From: Chthonomonadia bacterium
GTDB lineage: Bacteria > Armatimonadota > HRBIN16
Length of the DNA: 64,000 nt
Assembly (NCBI GenBank): GCA_013314755.1
Contig: JABUFA010000018.1
Span: 1,472 to 65,471, forward strand
Direction: 5' to 3'
This document shows positions 46,957-56,966 of this stretch, piece by piece. Every line of letters begins with the position of its first letter. Position 1 is the first letter of the stretch. The position numbers were made by a program, and so were the translations under genes. Below the pieces are notes generated by a model. It was not told where the DNA came from. It ran no database searches and worked only from the letters and a program-made list of their open reading frames with translations.

Positions 46957-49812
46957 ATGCCACCACGTCGACGACGCTCCACGCCGGAAGGCGTGGAAAC
47001 GCCTGAGTCATTGTCCGAAACGGTAGAACCTCGGGAAGAGGCGCAGGAAGAACCTGTCGTTGAACCAGAACAGCAGGAGGCTCCGCCTGCGCCGGCGAAA
47101 CGTTCACGCCGCAGGTCCTCGCGCAAGAAAGCAACCGAAGCCGATGTAGCGCAGGCTACAACAGTAGAGCCTGCCATTGAAGAGACACCATCGCCCGAGC
47201 CTCAGCTGGTTGAGGCGGAGCCGCCCCCTGCGGAGCCTGAAAACCCTACTGAACTACCGGCAACCACCACTCGCCGCCGGCGAAGCACCGCGCGCCGACG
47301 AAAGAAGTCGCCTGAAGCGCCTGTTGAGACCGCTGAACCAGCCGCCGGCGAGATTGCACCTGCTGTCTTAGAAGAGGCTCCTGTCGTTGTGGAAGCGGTG
47401 GAGACTGTACCGGAGGCGGCGGAAGCGGAAGGTTCATCGGTGACCGCAACAGCCGAACCCGAAACCGTTGTTGAGGAGCAAGAGCCCTCGACAGAGACTG
47501 CCACAATTGAGACGATAGAGGTCGCGCCTCCTGCTCGTCGACGCCGGCGCACACGCCGCACAGCCCCCGCCGAAACAGAAGAAGTGGCGGTTGAGGAGGA
47601 AACGCCGGAACAGCGCAGGCGCAGGCGAGAGGGCGTACGACTGGGCATCCGGCAGGGACACCCGGAGATTATCATTAACGGCGAGCCGGTGGCGCCGCTC
47701 TTCTTCTTCGGCAATATCGACTCCGCCGCTTCGGAAAGAAGAGTGTGCGAGCAGATTCGCCAGGCGGCTTCCGCGGGCGTGCATCTGCATTCCCTCCTGC
47801 TGGAACTGCCCGTCTCCGTGCCGATGGTTACCTATAGCGTCAATGAGGCTCTGCGCCTCCTGCATCTGGTGCGTCAGCACGACCCGCAGGGCTACGTGAT
47901 GTTTCGCGTGGTGTTCACTCCGCCTCCCGACTGGCAGAAGCTGTACCCCGAAGCGATGACCACCTATGCAGACGGCTCTACCGGTGAACCCTCGTTTGCT
48001 TCCGACCGCTACTGGCAGGAAGCAGAAGCCGCCCTGACTCTGCTAGTGAGGCAGCTGGAGGTGACCGAGGAGGCGAACTACATTCTGGGCTACCACCTGG
48101 ACTGCCGCGAATGGTTCTATGAGTACCAGAGAGGATACGATTACAGCCCCGCCGCGCAGGAGGCTTTTCGGCAGTGGCTTCGCGGGCGTTACAAGAACGA
48201 TGTGGTTGCCCTGCGCGCGGCATGGCATGACGGCTCTGTGACCTTCACCAGCGCGAGTGTGCCCACCTATCGCGGCGATACCACGCCCGTCACCGTGCTG
48301 TACGAGTACCGCAAAGGGCAGAGGTACGTGGACTACCTGCGGTTTGCCTCCGAGATTATTGCCAGGCGTCTCATTACCCTGTCGCGCACCGTTAAAAAGA
48401 ACTGTGAGAACAGGCGTCTGGTGGCGGTGTCGTATGGATACGTTCTGGACTTTCCTGTGCCGCACAGTGGACACCTTGCGCTGGCGGAGGTGCTGTCGGC
48501 GCAGAGTATTGACCTGATATGCGCACCTGTGTCGTATCGCGACCGGCGCCCCACCCAGCCAGGCAGTGTGCCTGTGCCTGTGGGGTCGGTCAGACTGCAC
48601 GGCAAGCTGTTCGTGCTGGAAGATGACACCAAGCCGCACACGGCACAAACCGGTACACCAGACGACTACAACCCCCGCTGTGCCGATGCCGAATCCACCC
48701 GTCAGGTGCGTTTGCGTAACGCCATGACCGCGCTGGTGCATCACTCAGGCATCGCGTGGATGGACCTCTGGGGCGAAGGCTGGGTCGACGACAGAGAAAC
48801 GTGGCAGGATGCGCAGAAGCTGGCAGGGCTATACGCGGCGCACATCCGCCAGAGACTGCCCGAAAATCCCGACGTCGCCGTCATTGTGGACGAGCATAGC
48901 CTCACGCGCATTCAGTCGCCTCGTTCGCTTCTGGAACCTCTGGTCATCCAACAGCAGGAGATACTGGCGCGGGCGGGCATCCATTACGGCGTCTATCTGC
49001 AAAGCGACCTCGTTCGTAAGGCGTTTCCCGAAGCGAAGCTTTACCTCTTTCTCACCCCGATGCAGATAGATTCGGACGTGCGCGAGGCGATTCGTGAACG
49101 GCTCCAGCGCGACGGCAAAACGCTGGTGTGGCTGTATGCGGTCGCCCTGTACGACGAAAAGGGCTACACTCCCGATGGTCCGCGCGATGTGGCGGGCATC
49201 GCCATCAAAGCACAGCCGTGGAACAGCGAAACCGGCTCGACCATCAGCAACGACAGGCATCCCATCTCCGAACGCTTGCGCAACAAGCAGATAGGCGTGC
49301 GCGAACGTATCAACCCCTCGTTCTACGTTCTGGACGAAAAGGCGGTGGTTCTGGGCGAATATATCCAGACGGGACTGCCCTCCATCGCGGTGAAGGATAT
49401 GGGTACATGGCGTTCGGTGTTCATCGGAGAGCGTCAGCTGAGCGTGGAACTGCTTCGCGGACTGTGCCGCTATGCGGGAGTGCATGTGTGGTCGCAAAGC
49501 AGTGACGTGGTGCGCGTAGCGCCGCCGTTGCTCGCCGTGCACTCGGTGGGTGATGGGGTGGTATATTTGCAGTTTCCGCAGAGGAAGATGGTGTACGACC
49601 TCACGGAGGAACGTCTGCTCTCGGAAGATGCGAACAGCATACGCCTGAACATGCGCACGGGGCAGAACGGTCTGTACGCGGTGGGCACTGCCGAACAGTT
49701 GACCGCCCTGCATCTGCCCGTACCCGAGCGCACGGCAGAATCCCTACCCGATACCCCAGCTGGTACGAAGAAACGCCGTCGCCGGGGCGGTAAGAAGCAC
49801 CGAAAACGGTAG
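46957..49812 (+). CDS. large cytoplasmic protein: acidic E/P/A/T-rich disordered N-terminus (about 230 aa) punctuated by poly-Arg patches + GH42-like (beta-galactosidase-like TIM barrel) body + Lys/Arg-rich C-terminal tail
   Basis: GAAGGAGG SD. The N-terminal low-complexity region has RRRRSTARRRKK, RRRRRTRRT and RRRRRE. The body has a GH42-like stretch AQEAFRQWLRGRYKNDVVALRAAWHDGSVTF (compare AFRxWLkxkYgtieaLNeaWg) and HLDCREWFYEY. Ends in KKRRRRGGKKHRKR. Confidence 0.6.
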   Translation: MPPRRRRSTPEGVETPESLSETVEPREEAQEEPVVEPEQQEAPPAPAKRSRRRSSRKKATEADVAQATTVEPAIEETPSPEPQLVEAEPPPAEPENPTELPATTTRRRRSTARRRKKSPEAPVETAEPAAGEIAPAVLEEAPVVVEAVETVPEAAEAEGSSVTATAEPETVVEEQEPSTETATIETIEVAPPARRRRRTRRTAPAETEEVAVEEETPEQRRRRREGVRLGIRQGHPEIIINGEPVAPLFFFGNIDSAASERRVCEQIRQAASAGVHLHSLLLELPVSVPMVTYSVNEALRLLHLVRQHDPQGYVMFRVVFTPPPDWQKLYPEAMTTYADGSTGEPSFASDRYWQEAEAALTLLVRQLEVTEEANYILGYHLDCREWFYEYQRGYDYSPAAQEAFRQWLRGRYKNDVVALRAAWHDGSVTFTSASVPTYRGDTTPVTVLYEYRKGQRYVDYLRFASEIIARRLITLSRTVKKNCENRRLVAVSYGYVLDFPVPHSGHLALAEVLSAQSIDLICAPVSYRDRRPTQPGSVPVPVGSVRLHGKLFVLEDDTKPHTAQTGTPDDYNPRCADAESTRQVRLRNAMTALVHHSGIAWMDLWGEGWVDDRETWQDAQKLAGLYAAHIRQRLPENPDVAVIVDEHSLTRIQSPRSLLEPLVIQQQEILARAGIHYGVYLQSDLVRKAFPEAKLYLFLTPMQIDSDVREAIRERLQRDGKTLVWLYAVALYDEKGYTPDGPRDVAGIAIKAQPWNSETGSTISNDRHPISERLRNKQIGVRERINPSFYVLDEKAVVLGEYIQTGLPSIAVKDMGTWRSVFIGERQLSVELLRGLCRYAGVHVWSQSSDVVRVAPPLLAVHSVGDGVVYLQFPQRKMVYDLTEERLLSEDANSIRLNMRTGQNGLYAVGTAEQLTALHLPVPERTAESLPDTPAGTKKRRRRGGKKHRKR

Positions 49813-49824
49813 GAATAGACGAAC

Positions 49825-49845
49825 GGCGGGGGAGGTTCCCCCGCC
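49825..49845 (+). terminator. GC-rich hairpin after the 46957 gene (weak terminator candidate)
   Basis: GGCGGGGGA-GGT-TCCCCCGCC perfect 9-bp stem 12 nt after the stop. No strong U tract. Confidence 0.3.
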
Positions 49846-50062
49846 ACCGCTTAATGCAACTTCATGGGCAATCTTCAGTGCCCCGCTGAACAAGATCTGG
49901 GATTGGGAACTCCCTTATTCTCTCAGAGCATCGCTCCTGTGAGACCCTAACTGCCCAGATCAGCGGCGTGTCAAACGGCGAACCGTCCACCCAGGACAGT
50001 CGCCGGGATAGGCGACGGTGGCCCCGATGCAACCAGTAGTTAGCATACAGAATCGCTGATCG

Positions 50063-50851
50063 TTACGGACGTTCGCCCGCCACCCAGAGAAAGACGTTTT
50101 CGTAACGAACACTTCCATCTGCACGCATGTGGGCTCGGTCGGCATTTGCGTAGACAGCACGCACGGCGTCTTCCCCGCTGTGCGCGATGGCTTCCTGGTT
50201 AATGCCGGCGCTGGCATTGCCTCGCCAGGATGCCTCAGTGCTGGGGAAGACAAAGGGACAGGCAACCTCGCCTTCCTCGACAACGCGCAAACCCGCGCCC
50301 TTTAGGAATGCCGCCAATGCTCCAGGCTTGGACAAGGTACCCGGAGGTGGTGCGCCAGGCGGCGGGGGCGGCATCAACGGCGCGAGCGCCGGCATCACGG
50401 CAGTTAGAAACTCGCACCGTTCCGGCGGTCCCCAGACGGTCACGACGACCCGCCCGCCGGGCCGCACGACGCGTATGAGTTCCCGCGCGGCAGCAGTCAT
50501 GTCTTCGGCATAGAAGATGCTGTTCACCGCCGTGACCGCGTCGAAGCTGGCGTCGGCGAAGGGTAGGTCCTCCAGATCGCCTTCTCGCACGTCGGCTTCA
50601 GGCACACGTTGCCGGGCGATTGCCACCATCCCTGGCGAGGCGTCGAGGGCGGCTACCTGCGCACCGCGGAGGCTCGCCAGCAGCGCGAGGAGCCCTGCGC
50701 CACACCCGACATCAAGCAAGCGTGTGCCGGAGGTCACACGGGCGGCATCAAGTGCCGCACCGAAAAGCGGTAAGCCTACCTGCTCCACGTAGGTGGCCCA
50801 GTCCTGAGCACGAGCCCCCCAGAGCTGACCCTGCATGTTTGCACTGCCCAT
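50063..50851 (-). CDS. class I SAM-dependent methyltransferase
   Basis: Motif I LLDVGCGAGLLA, motif II/post-I DASFDAVTAVNS. 262 aa. Confidence 0.8.
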   Translation of the reverse strand: MGSANMQGQLWGARAQDWATYVEQVGLPLFGAALDAARVTSGTRLLDVGCGAGLLALLASLRGAQVAALDASPGMVAIARQRVPEADVREGDLEDLPFADASFDAVTAVNSIFYAEDMTAAARELIRVVRPGGRVVVTVWGPPERCEFLTAVMPALAPLMPPPPPGAPPPGTLSKPGALAAFLKGAGLRVVEEGEVACPFVFPSTEASWRGNASAGINQEAIAHSGEDAVRAVYANADRAHMRADGSVRYENVFLWVAGERP

Positions 50852-51193
50852 CGGTATTCCTCCTGTATTCCGAGTGTTTAGTATAGCAAATTATATTCGT
50901 TTTCCCAGCGAATAGCAAGAGGAACGTGTGGGGGGAGGTCGGGAAAGGGGTGGAAAGGTCGTTTTCCACGTTGGAAAGTTACCTTCCCCGACCGTAATTT
51001 TAGTTCAGCGTTGCTTTGAACCCCGCAGGAACACGGACGCAATCCACCAGAGACCGCAGGTCGGCTATGGCTCTGCAGGAAGCGTCCCGTGCTCAATATC
51101 CTTTTTGTTAGCGCCCAGATTTAAGGGCATTTCAGCTGGTCGGGTTTCATGATTGATCCGAAGCCCAGCGTCCCCTGCAGCAACTGCCTTCGT

Positions 51194-51928
51194 TTATGGG
51201 GTTGGGTCAGGATAGCGACCGTTCCACCAGCGGTTATCCACGTTCAGCTCGTCCGTCCGCATCCATTTGGCATGTCCGTCTACGAACGCCACATTGGCGC
51301 CACCACTGTGACGTTCAGCAGGCGGTACGCGTATGCCAGGCGTGCCACCAGTGGAGTAACGATTCGGACCAGGACCATACTTGCACGGAGGCAATTGTGG
51401 AGGGTCAATGGCGTAGCCGTGATTGCCCAGACAGATCAGGTTGATGTAGTCGGGGTCGGTGGGTTCATCGTTATCGCATGGTCGTGTGCCTGAACCCTGG
51501 CTGTCTGCAATTGCCAGAGTATTCGCGGGCATCTGAATCGCGCTCTCGGTGACGGGCACGTTCCAGCAGTTACTGCGCGTATTGCCGAGGTACTGGTAGT
51601 TGTAGCCGTACGCCATATTTCGTCCGTAGCGCAGCTGGGGCACGGTTGGACACAGGAAGAGCTCGCGGCTTTTGACGTAGGGCTCAATCTGGTTCCACCA
51701 GCGGCTTTCCTGACCGCCTTCGCTCTTGGAGTACAGGGGAAAGGCTTCGTAATCCTGCCCATACATGGCGACAGCAATCGCCATCTGACGCACGTTGGAA
51801 AGACAGGCTGCCTGCCGGGCTTTTTCCCGCGCCTGAGCAAAGACGGGGAAGAGTATCGCTGCCAGTATCGCGATTATCGCGATGACTACGAGCAGCTCTA
51901 TCAGGGTGAATGCGTGTCGTACGCGCAT
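51194..51928 (-). CDS. prepilin-type N-terminal cleavage/methylation domain protein with DUF1559 (H-X9-DG) C-terminal domain
   Basis: Start [35 protein letters not shown] at 51928 with an AGGAGG SD. C-terminal [16 protein letters not shown]. The track ORF extends 57 codons upstream into an AT-rich promoter region. Confidence 0.8.
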   Translation of the reverse strand: MRVRHAFTLIELLVVIAIIAILAAILFPVFAQAREKARQAACLSNVRQMAIAVAMYGQDYEAFPLYSKSEGGQESRWWNQIEPYVKSRELFLCPTVPQLRYGRNMAYGYNYQYLGNTRSNCWNVPVTESAIQMPANTLAIADSQGSGTRPCDNDEPTDPDYINLICLGNHGYAIDPPQLPPCKYGPGPNRYSTGGTPGIRVPPAERHSGGANVAFVDGHAKWMRTDELNVDNRWWNGRYPDPTP

Positions 51929-51962
51929 CGCTTTCCTCCTTTTCAGGTTCGTTTGCAATGAT

Positions 51963-51991
51963 ATTATATCCAATACAAAATATTTTTTCAA
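51963..51991 (-). promoter_or_regulatory. sigma70-like promoter (TTGAAA-17-TATAAT) inside an AT-rich island upstream of the DUF1559 pilin-like gene
   Basis: Minus strand CTTGAAAAAATATTTTGTATTGGATATAAT. The -35 is at plus 51986-51991 and the -10 at 51963-51968. About 100 bp of roughly 80% A+T (51960-52060) lie upstream, which is UP-element-like. Confidence 0.55.
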
Positions 51992-52162
51992 GACTAAAAA
52001 TAAAAAATTTTGGTAATATTTAAAATTAATAATGAATCTTATTATCGCTAAATAACGTGATGGGGAGCGGAGGGGACGATAGAGCTCGTAATAGGTCAAT
52101 GTTGCCAGTGAGGGAAGGGAATACCGCCGCGCTGCTGGCGCGGCGGCAGATTACATTCCCGG

Positions 52163-53371
52163 CTAACCGAGGCGTATTACCCACTCATTCTTGCCGCGCT
52201 TGAGGGAGAAGGTCTGCGTGCGCTTGCCGGTGGTCGCGGAGGCTACCACGCGATAGTCGCCCATGAAGCCTCGCAGTCTTGCCTCCCCGCGCGCGTTGGT
52301 GCGAACTACCTCTTTTGTCCACCATTTGCCCTTGATCAGGCGCATCAGGCGATGATAGACGGGTTTCGGGCTGAGGTCCTCGCGTACCAGCCCTGCCGGT
52401 GCGCCCTGCCATGCCCCATCCATAAAATCCCACCAGGTGATCGCTTCCACGGCTGGGTGTGAGAAGAGGATAGTGTAGAACTTCTCCACGTAATCTGCCT
52501 GTCGCGCCTCGCCGTCCGGGGTAGTGGGCCAGGGACGTGGACGCATGTACCCGTGCTCACCCGACAGCACCGTGGTTTCGGTGAAGTGCAGCGGTTTGCC
52601 GAAACGGGCGTAGGTTTCGCACACCTGCCAGGCTCGCTCCAGCGGCCACTCGCCCCCGTGCATGTGCGACTGAATGCCGATAGCATCCATCGGCGCTTTA
52701 CGGCGAATCAGCTCCTCGACCAGTCGTTCGAAGGCAGGACTGATGTTAAAGTCATTGTACAGCAGGATGGCTTTAGGATTCGCTTCTCGCGCCCAGGACA
52801 GACACTCTGCCACCACCGCGGCTGCGCCGTCGCGTTTCACCCAGTTGCCAACGCCGTTGTCAAAGCGTTCGGATACGGTGGCTTCGTTCACCACGTCCCA
52901 GCGGTCTATCAGCCCGGCAAATTGTGAGACAATCTCTCGTACCCGCTCCCGCAGGAGGGGTATAGCCTCATCCGGCGAGTTGGGCGCCCAGCGAGGATAG
53001 ACCTCATGCCACACGAGGGGATGTCCCTTCGTCACGATGCCGCGTTCCTTGCACCAGCGGGCGATACGTTCCTGCAGGTCACGTCCCTTTCGTCCACGCT
53101 CCGGCTCGTAGCCGCCCCAGTAGAACCCCAGCGTGGCATAGTTCAACAACGCCGAGAACTGCTTACTGTACTTCTCGTGCTGCTCACCCTGGTAGCTGAA
53201 AAGCGGAAAGATGTTGCAGCCGAAAAGGAAAGCATGGCGGGTCTGCTCGACCTCTACCTGTGCTCCGGCAAGGGGTTTGCCTTGCCTGTCCACGACCTTT
53301 ACGGTAACGTCCGCTTTACGGTGCTTTTCGATGCGACCGTCAGCGGTAGCCAGCAACTCCTGTGCGTTCAT
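52163..53371 (-). CDS. glycoside hydrolase family 10 endo-1,4-beta-xylanase (no signal peptide)
   Basis: GH10 acid/base motif WDVVNEA and nucleophile region HFTETTV. Start set at MNAQELL (53371) with AGGAGG 8 nt upstream. Confidence 0.8.
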   Translation of the reverse strand: MNAQELLATADGRIEKHRKADVTVKVVDRQGKPLAGAQVEVEQTRHAFLFGCNIFPLFSYQGEQHEKYSKQFSALLNYATLGFYWGGYEPERGRKGRDLQERIARWCKERGIVTKGHPLVWHEVYPRWAPNSPDEAIPLLRERVREIVSQFAGLIDRWDVVNEATVSERFDNGVGNWVKRDGAAAVVAECLSWAREANPKAILLYNDFNISPAFERLVEELIRRKAPMDAIGIQSHMHGGEWPLERAWQVCETYARFGKPLHFTETTVLSGEHGYMRPRPWPTTPDGEARQADYVEKFYTILFSHPAVEAITWWDFMDGAWQGAPAGLVREDLSPKPVYHRLMRLIKGKWWTKEVVRTNARGEARLRGFMGDYRVVASATTGKRTQTFSLKRGKNEWVIRLG

Positions 53372-53480
53372 TGGACGACCTCCTGATGCGGACATGCTCG
53401 CTTTTACTTTAATTCTTTCCGTTTCCCGTGTGTTCCTGTGAACTCAGCCACAGATTCGTTATCCAGAGCGATAGAAAGGA

Positions 53481-53509
53481 TTGACAGCCTGCGCCAGAAG
53501 CAGTATAAA
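53481..53509 (+). promoter_or_regulatory. sigma70-like promoter (TTGACA-17-TATAAA) of the four-gene envelope operon
   Basis: TTGACA at 53481-53486, 17-nt spacer, TATAAA at 53504-53509. The track ATG at 53509 overlaps the -10, so the GTG at 53539 with a GGGAGGTG SD is the likelier start. Confidence 0.55.
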
Positions 53510-53538
53510 TGGAGTGTATCCCGGGAAGGGAGGTGAAG

Positions 53539-54525
53539 GTGTTGGTTCGCAAACAACTTATTTTGTTTATCATACTCCTCGCCGTCCCCAACGCCGTCGC
53601 GTTCGGCAACCAGCAACCCATGCCTGTGCTGGCGGTCTCAGACTTCTCCGGAGACAGTCCCGCGCTGTGCCAGGCGGTGACCGAGACTGTCCTGACCGAC
53701 CTTGCCAAGTCGCGCAAGCTGACGCTGGTAGAACGAGCACAGCTGCGCCAGGCAATGAACGAACTGCGTCTGCAGAGGTCGGGACTGACCGAAGCTGGCG
53801 ACATGGCTCACGCGGGCAGGCTGGTCGGCGCCACGCATGTGGTGGTGGGAAGTGTCCTCGTTAACGAGGGGAGAGTGATCCTGAACGCTCGCGTGCTCGA
53901 TGTGCACACCGGCACCCTGTACGCGGGCGCGGCGGAGAACACCGAGGGCTGGAGCGACGAACTGTTCGCACTTGCACACGACCTGGCGAACCGCCTGCAT
54001 CATCGGCTGACAGGGGAAACTCTGCCCGGCTTTACGGAGCCAGCCCCCGCCTCATCCGATGCAAAGGTTGTTCCGACGGTGGCTGCTCCAGTGCCCACGC
54101 CTGACTGGGAAAACCTGCCGGAGAGCCCCGCCATTGCTCACGCACTGGGCAGGGGCTGGATGCGTCTGTTTGCCGATGGTTCGTTCCGCCCGCATGAGCT
54201 GGTCAGCGAACGTTACTTCTATGAGACCCTGCGCCGCCTTGCCCGTCGCTACGAGCTGGACGACTCGCGCTGTTTCCCCAAAGGCGACGGTTCCGCGACG
54301 CTTACTCGAATCTCCGCAGTGCGCGCAGTGGCTTCGCTGATTTCAGGGGAACCCTCCTATTTTCTGGAGGTGCCGGCGTGGGCGGTACCGTGGTTGGGGG
54401 ACAGCCCACACAAGCCTCTTAACCGCAGGCAGTTTGCCGCGCTATTACAGCTGGCGGAAGAACAGCTCCAGCGCAGGATAACATCCGCAGGTTCAGCACC
54501 GTCTGTAACTGCGGTGGAGCGTTAA
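53539..54525 (+). CDS. secreted protein with CsgG/LpoB/FlgO-like N-terminal domain + SLH-like domains
   Basis: Signal peptide (M)LVRKQLILFIILLAVPNAVAFG. N-domain pattern AVSDF...LTDLAKS.KL.LVERAQL..A..EL.LQ.SGL.....A...G.L.GA..VV.GS........NARV.DV.TG. SLH-like GWMRLFADGSFRPHELVSERYFYETLRRLA. Confidence 0.55.
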   Translation: MLVRKQLILFIILLAVPNAVAFGNQQPMPVLAVSDFSGDSPALCQAVTETVLTDLAKSRKLTLVERAQLRQAMNELRLQRSGLTEAGDMAHAGRLVGATHVVVGSVLVNEGRVILNARVLDVHTGTLYAGAAENTEGWSDELFALAHDLANRLHHRLTGETLPGFTEPAPASSDAKVVPTVAAPVPTPDWENLPESPAIAHALGRGWMRLFADGSFRPHELVSERYFYETLRRLARRYELDDSRCFPKGDGSATLTRISAVRAVASLISGEPSYFLEVPAWAVPWLGDSPHKPLNRRQFAALLQLAEEQLQRRITSAGSAPSVTAVER

Positions 54526-54549
54526 GGCATAGAGAAAGGGAGATGCCCG

Positions 54550-55848
54550 ATGTTGAGAAAGTTCTTGCTTACCGTCTTGCTCGGCGCACAGATGGCATGT
54601 GCGTCGGCACAGATGATCGCCGTCAGCGATTTCGCTGGTAAACCACCGGAAATTGGGCAGGAGATTGCCGAAACGCTGATTACCGACCTCGCTAAGTCCG
54701 AAAGGCTTAACCTGGTGGAACGGGCGCAGCTTTGGCAGGCGTTACGCGAACTGCGCCTGCAAACGACCGGATTAACCGAGCCAGCGCAGGCAAAGCGAGT
54801 CGGCAAACTGATTGGCGCCGAGGCACTCGTTGTCGGCAGCTTCTACTTGCGCGACGGGCAGATAGTCATCAATGCGCGTGTCGTGGATGTGCGCACCGGT
54901 CAGGTGATGAAGGGAAAGGCTGAGAACGTACAGGGGAAACTGACCGAACTGTACTCTCTGCTCGGTACTCTGGCGAACCGGCTTCACCTGCGACTGACGG
55001 GAGTCCAGCTGGCTTCAGCAGAACCGAGTAACCCGCCTGCCGAGTCCGAACCGATAGAGATTCTTGACGCCGACGGTGATGAGGACATCATCTATGTGGT
55101 TCAGCAGGGGTGGATGCGCTGCACGCCAGAAGGCTATTTCTACCCCGACAAGCCTGTCACGGCGGGTGACTTTTACCGGGTGCTGCTTCGGTTCGCCTCA
55201 GCTCGGAAATGGGAGGGGAAGATGGAGTTTGACAACTCCCGCCCGGGCGACCTGATGAACACCCTGCGTCCGGTTGTGACCCTGACGCGGCTGGCATTGC
55301 CTCCCGAGCGGTTCAGCGAACAGCCTCCCGTTGAGGGTGCACTTGCGCTTATACCAGGGTGGGCACGTCCGTATGTCTATGAAGCCCTGCAACAGGGCTA
55401 CATTCGCGACATCTCTGAAGCCTCGCCCCATCAGGTGTTGACGCGCAGACAGCTCGCCAAACTGTTGACACGAATGGTACCGCTTCCTCCTACCTTCAAA
55501 CTGCCAGCCGACAAGTGGACAGGTCTGGTTGTGGACACCACGGGGCTGGGAATGCGTTCCAGTATGTGCCCACGCATCGTGGATGAGAAGAACCGGTTGG
55601 TTTACCTGGAACCGAAATACGCACCACCCTGGGATTATGCTCAGCAATACGGTATCGCTGATTTCGTCAAGAGGGAAGACCAGACGAAGCGTGCAGGCGA
55701 CAAACCCGTATACGTCAAGGCGTTACGGGTCAAAGGCCCAGCCAAAGACGAGGTGGTAATCAGCGTGGAGGACGCCGAGCGCGTTCTGGATGCAGCGAAA
55801 GAAAGCAGATTCTTGAGGCTATGGCGAGTGGTCTTTCTGGTGGACTGA
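54550..55848 (+). CDS. secreted paralog: CsgG/LpoB-like N-domain + SLH-like domain + C-terminal domain shared with the 56967 gene
   Basis: Signal peptide MLRKFLLTVLLGAQMACASAQ. Same N-domain pattern as the 53539 protein (IAVSDF...LVERAQL...NARVVDVRTG). The C-terminus LVVDTTGLGMRSSMCPRIVDEKNRLVYLE...RVVFLVD parallels SVIIDTRGLGVRPAMSPKIRRQDGSEVWG...RVIFVID in the 56967 gene. Confidence 0.55.
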   Translation: MLRKFLLTVLLGAQMACASAQMIAVSDFAGKPPEIGQEIAETLITDLAKSERLNLVERAQLWQALRELRLQTTGLTEPAQAKRVGKLIGAEALVVGSFYLRDGQIVINARVVDVRTGQVMKGKAENVQGKLTELYSLLGTLANRLHLRLTGVQLASAEPSNPPAESEPIEILDADGDEDIIYVVQQGWMRCTPEGYFYPDKPVTAGDFYRVLLRFASARKWEGKMEFDNSRPGDLMNTLRPVVTLTRLALPPERFSEQPPVEGALALIPGWARPYVYEALQQGYIRDISEASPHQVLTRRQLAKLLTRMVPLPPTFKLPADKWTGLVVDTTGLGMRSSMCPRIVDEKNRLVYLEPKYAPPWDYAQQYGIADFVKREDQTKRAGDKPVYVKALRVKGPAKDEVVISVEDAERVLDAAKESRFLRLWRVVFLVD

Positions 55849-55849
55849 A

Positions 55850-56935
55850 ATGCGCATCCTCGCAGGGATATTGGCTTTGATACTGGGGACAGCTGTGCTG
55901 GCAGCGGCGCAGTCGGATATTGTGGTTGAGGCGTCGGGTATGTCCGCCATCCGCGCCGACCGCGCCGCTGCCATTGAGGAGGCGGTGCAGGACGCCAAAC
56001 GCAACGCAGTGGAGCAGGCGCTGGGCGTGCTGGTCAACGCCGAGGCGCTGGCGCAGAACTATGAGGTGGTGTGGGAGACCATTCGCACGCGCAGTACGGG
56101 CTATGTCCGGCGATGGGAGAGGCTCGGCGAGCCGGAATGGGATACGCGCAATGGACTGGTAAAGGTTCGTATCCGCGCGGTGGTGAGCGCGGCGGATGCT
56201 GTGAAAGACCTGTGGGAGATACCAGAAGTCTACGTCGCGCTGGAACGTCCGCGTGTCGGGGTGAAACTGCTCTCTGCGGACACTCGGCAGCCCGAGCCGC
56301 ACAGTACTTCCACGTTGATACATGCCCTGCGGGTGCGAGGGTTCGACGTGGCGGACAGCCACAGCGGTTCAGCGGAGGTGTTAATCACCGGCACCGTGCG
56401 TACCGAGGCGGGCATCAGGCTGGGTGACACGGACGCACCATACGGATTGGGCAATGTGGTGGCATCATACAAGGCGTACGCAGAGGTGCGCGTGGTGTGG
56501 GCGGATACCGGAGCGGTCATCGTGCCGTTGTTCCGCTGGGAGTGCGCCGGTTTCAGCTTCAACTCTAACGAGGAGGCACGGCAGGAGGCTCTGCGCAACC
56601 TGGGGCGCGAGCTGGTTGAAGAGAAGCAGGGTGCACTGAGCCAGAAGGTGCTGAGCGCGTGGATCACACAGTTGCAAAACGGATTGCGCGTGCAGCTGGT
56701 GGTGCGCGGAGTGGATTACCGAACGCTCTCTCAACTTTCGGACAGACTGCGTGACCTTCGTGGCGTCGTCAGCATCGAGCGCGAGCGCATGGAGGCAGGG
56801 GAGGGGATTATTGAAGCGGTTGTGCGACTGACGCCCGCTACTTTTCGCCGTCAGCTGATGCGGATGCAGATAGGCACAAAACGGCTATCCATCCTGCGCT
56901 ACTCGCCGAGCCTGGTGCGTCTGGCACTGCGCTAA
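55850..56935 (+). CDS. secreted LPP20/FlgP-like lipoprotein-family protein with two further beta-rich domains
   Basis: Signal peptide. N-terminal AAIEEAVQDAKRNAVEQALGVLV is an LPP20/FlgP-type motif. 1-nt spacing from the upstream gene suggests translational coupling. Confidence 0.5.
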   Translation: MRILAGILALILGTAVLAAAQSDIVVEASGMSAIRADRAAAIEEAVQDAKRNAVEQALGVLVNAEALAQNYEVVWETIRTRSTGYVRRWERLGEPEWDTRNGLVKVRIRAVVSAADAVKDLWEIPEVYVALERPRVGVKLLSADTRQPEPHSTSTLIHALRVRGFDVADSHSGSAEVLITGTVRTEAGIRLGDTDAPYGLGNVVASYKAYAEVRVVWADTGAVIVPLFRWECAGFSFNSNEEARQEALRNLGRELVEEKQGALSQKVLSAWITQLQNGLRVQLVVRGVDYRTLSQLSDRLRDLRGVVSIERERMEAGEGIIEAVVRLTPATFRRQLMRMQIGTKRLSILRYSPSLVRLALR

Positions 56936-56966
56936 GAATACAACAACCCGGAAGGAGATTTGCACA

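Noticed and set aside
53509-53538. ATG at 53509 as the start of the first operon gene
   Set aside because: The ATG overlaps the -10 hexamer (TATAAATGG), so it cannot be downstream of the TSS. The GTG at 53539 has a GGGAGGTG SD and yields a proper signal peptide.
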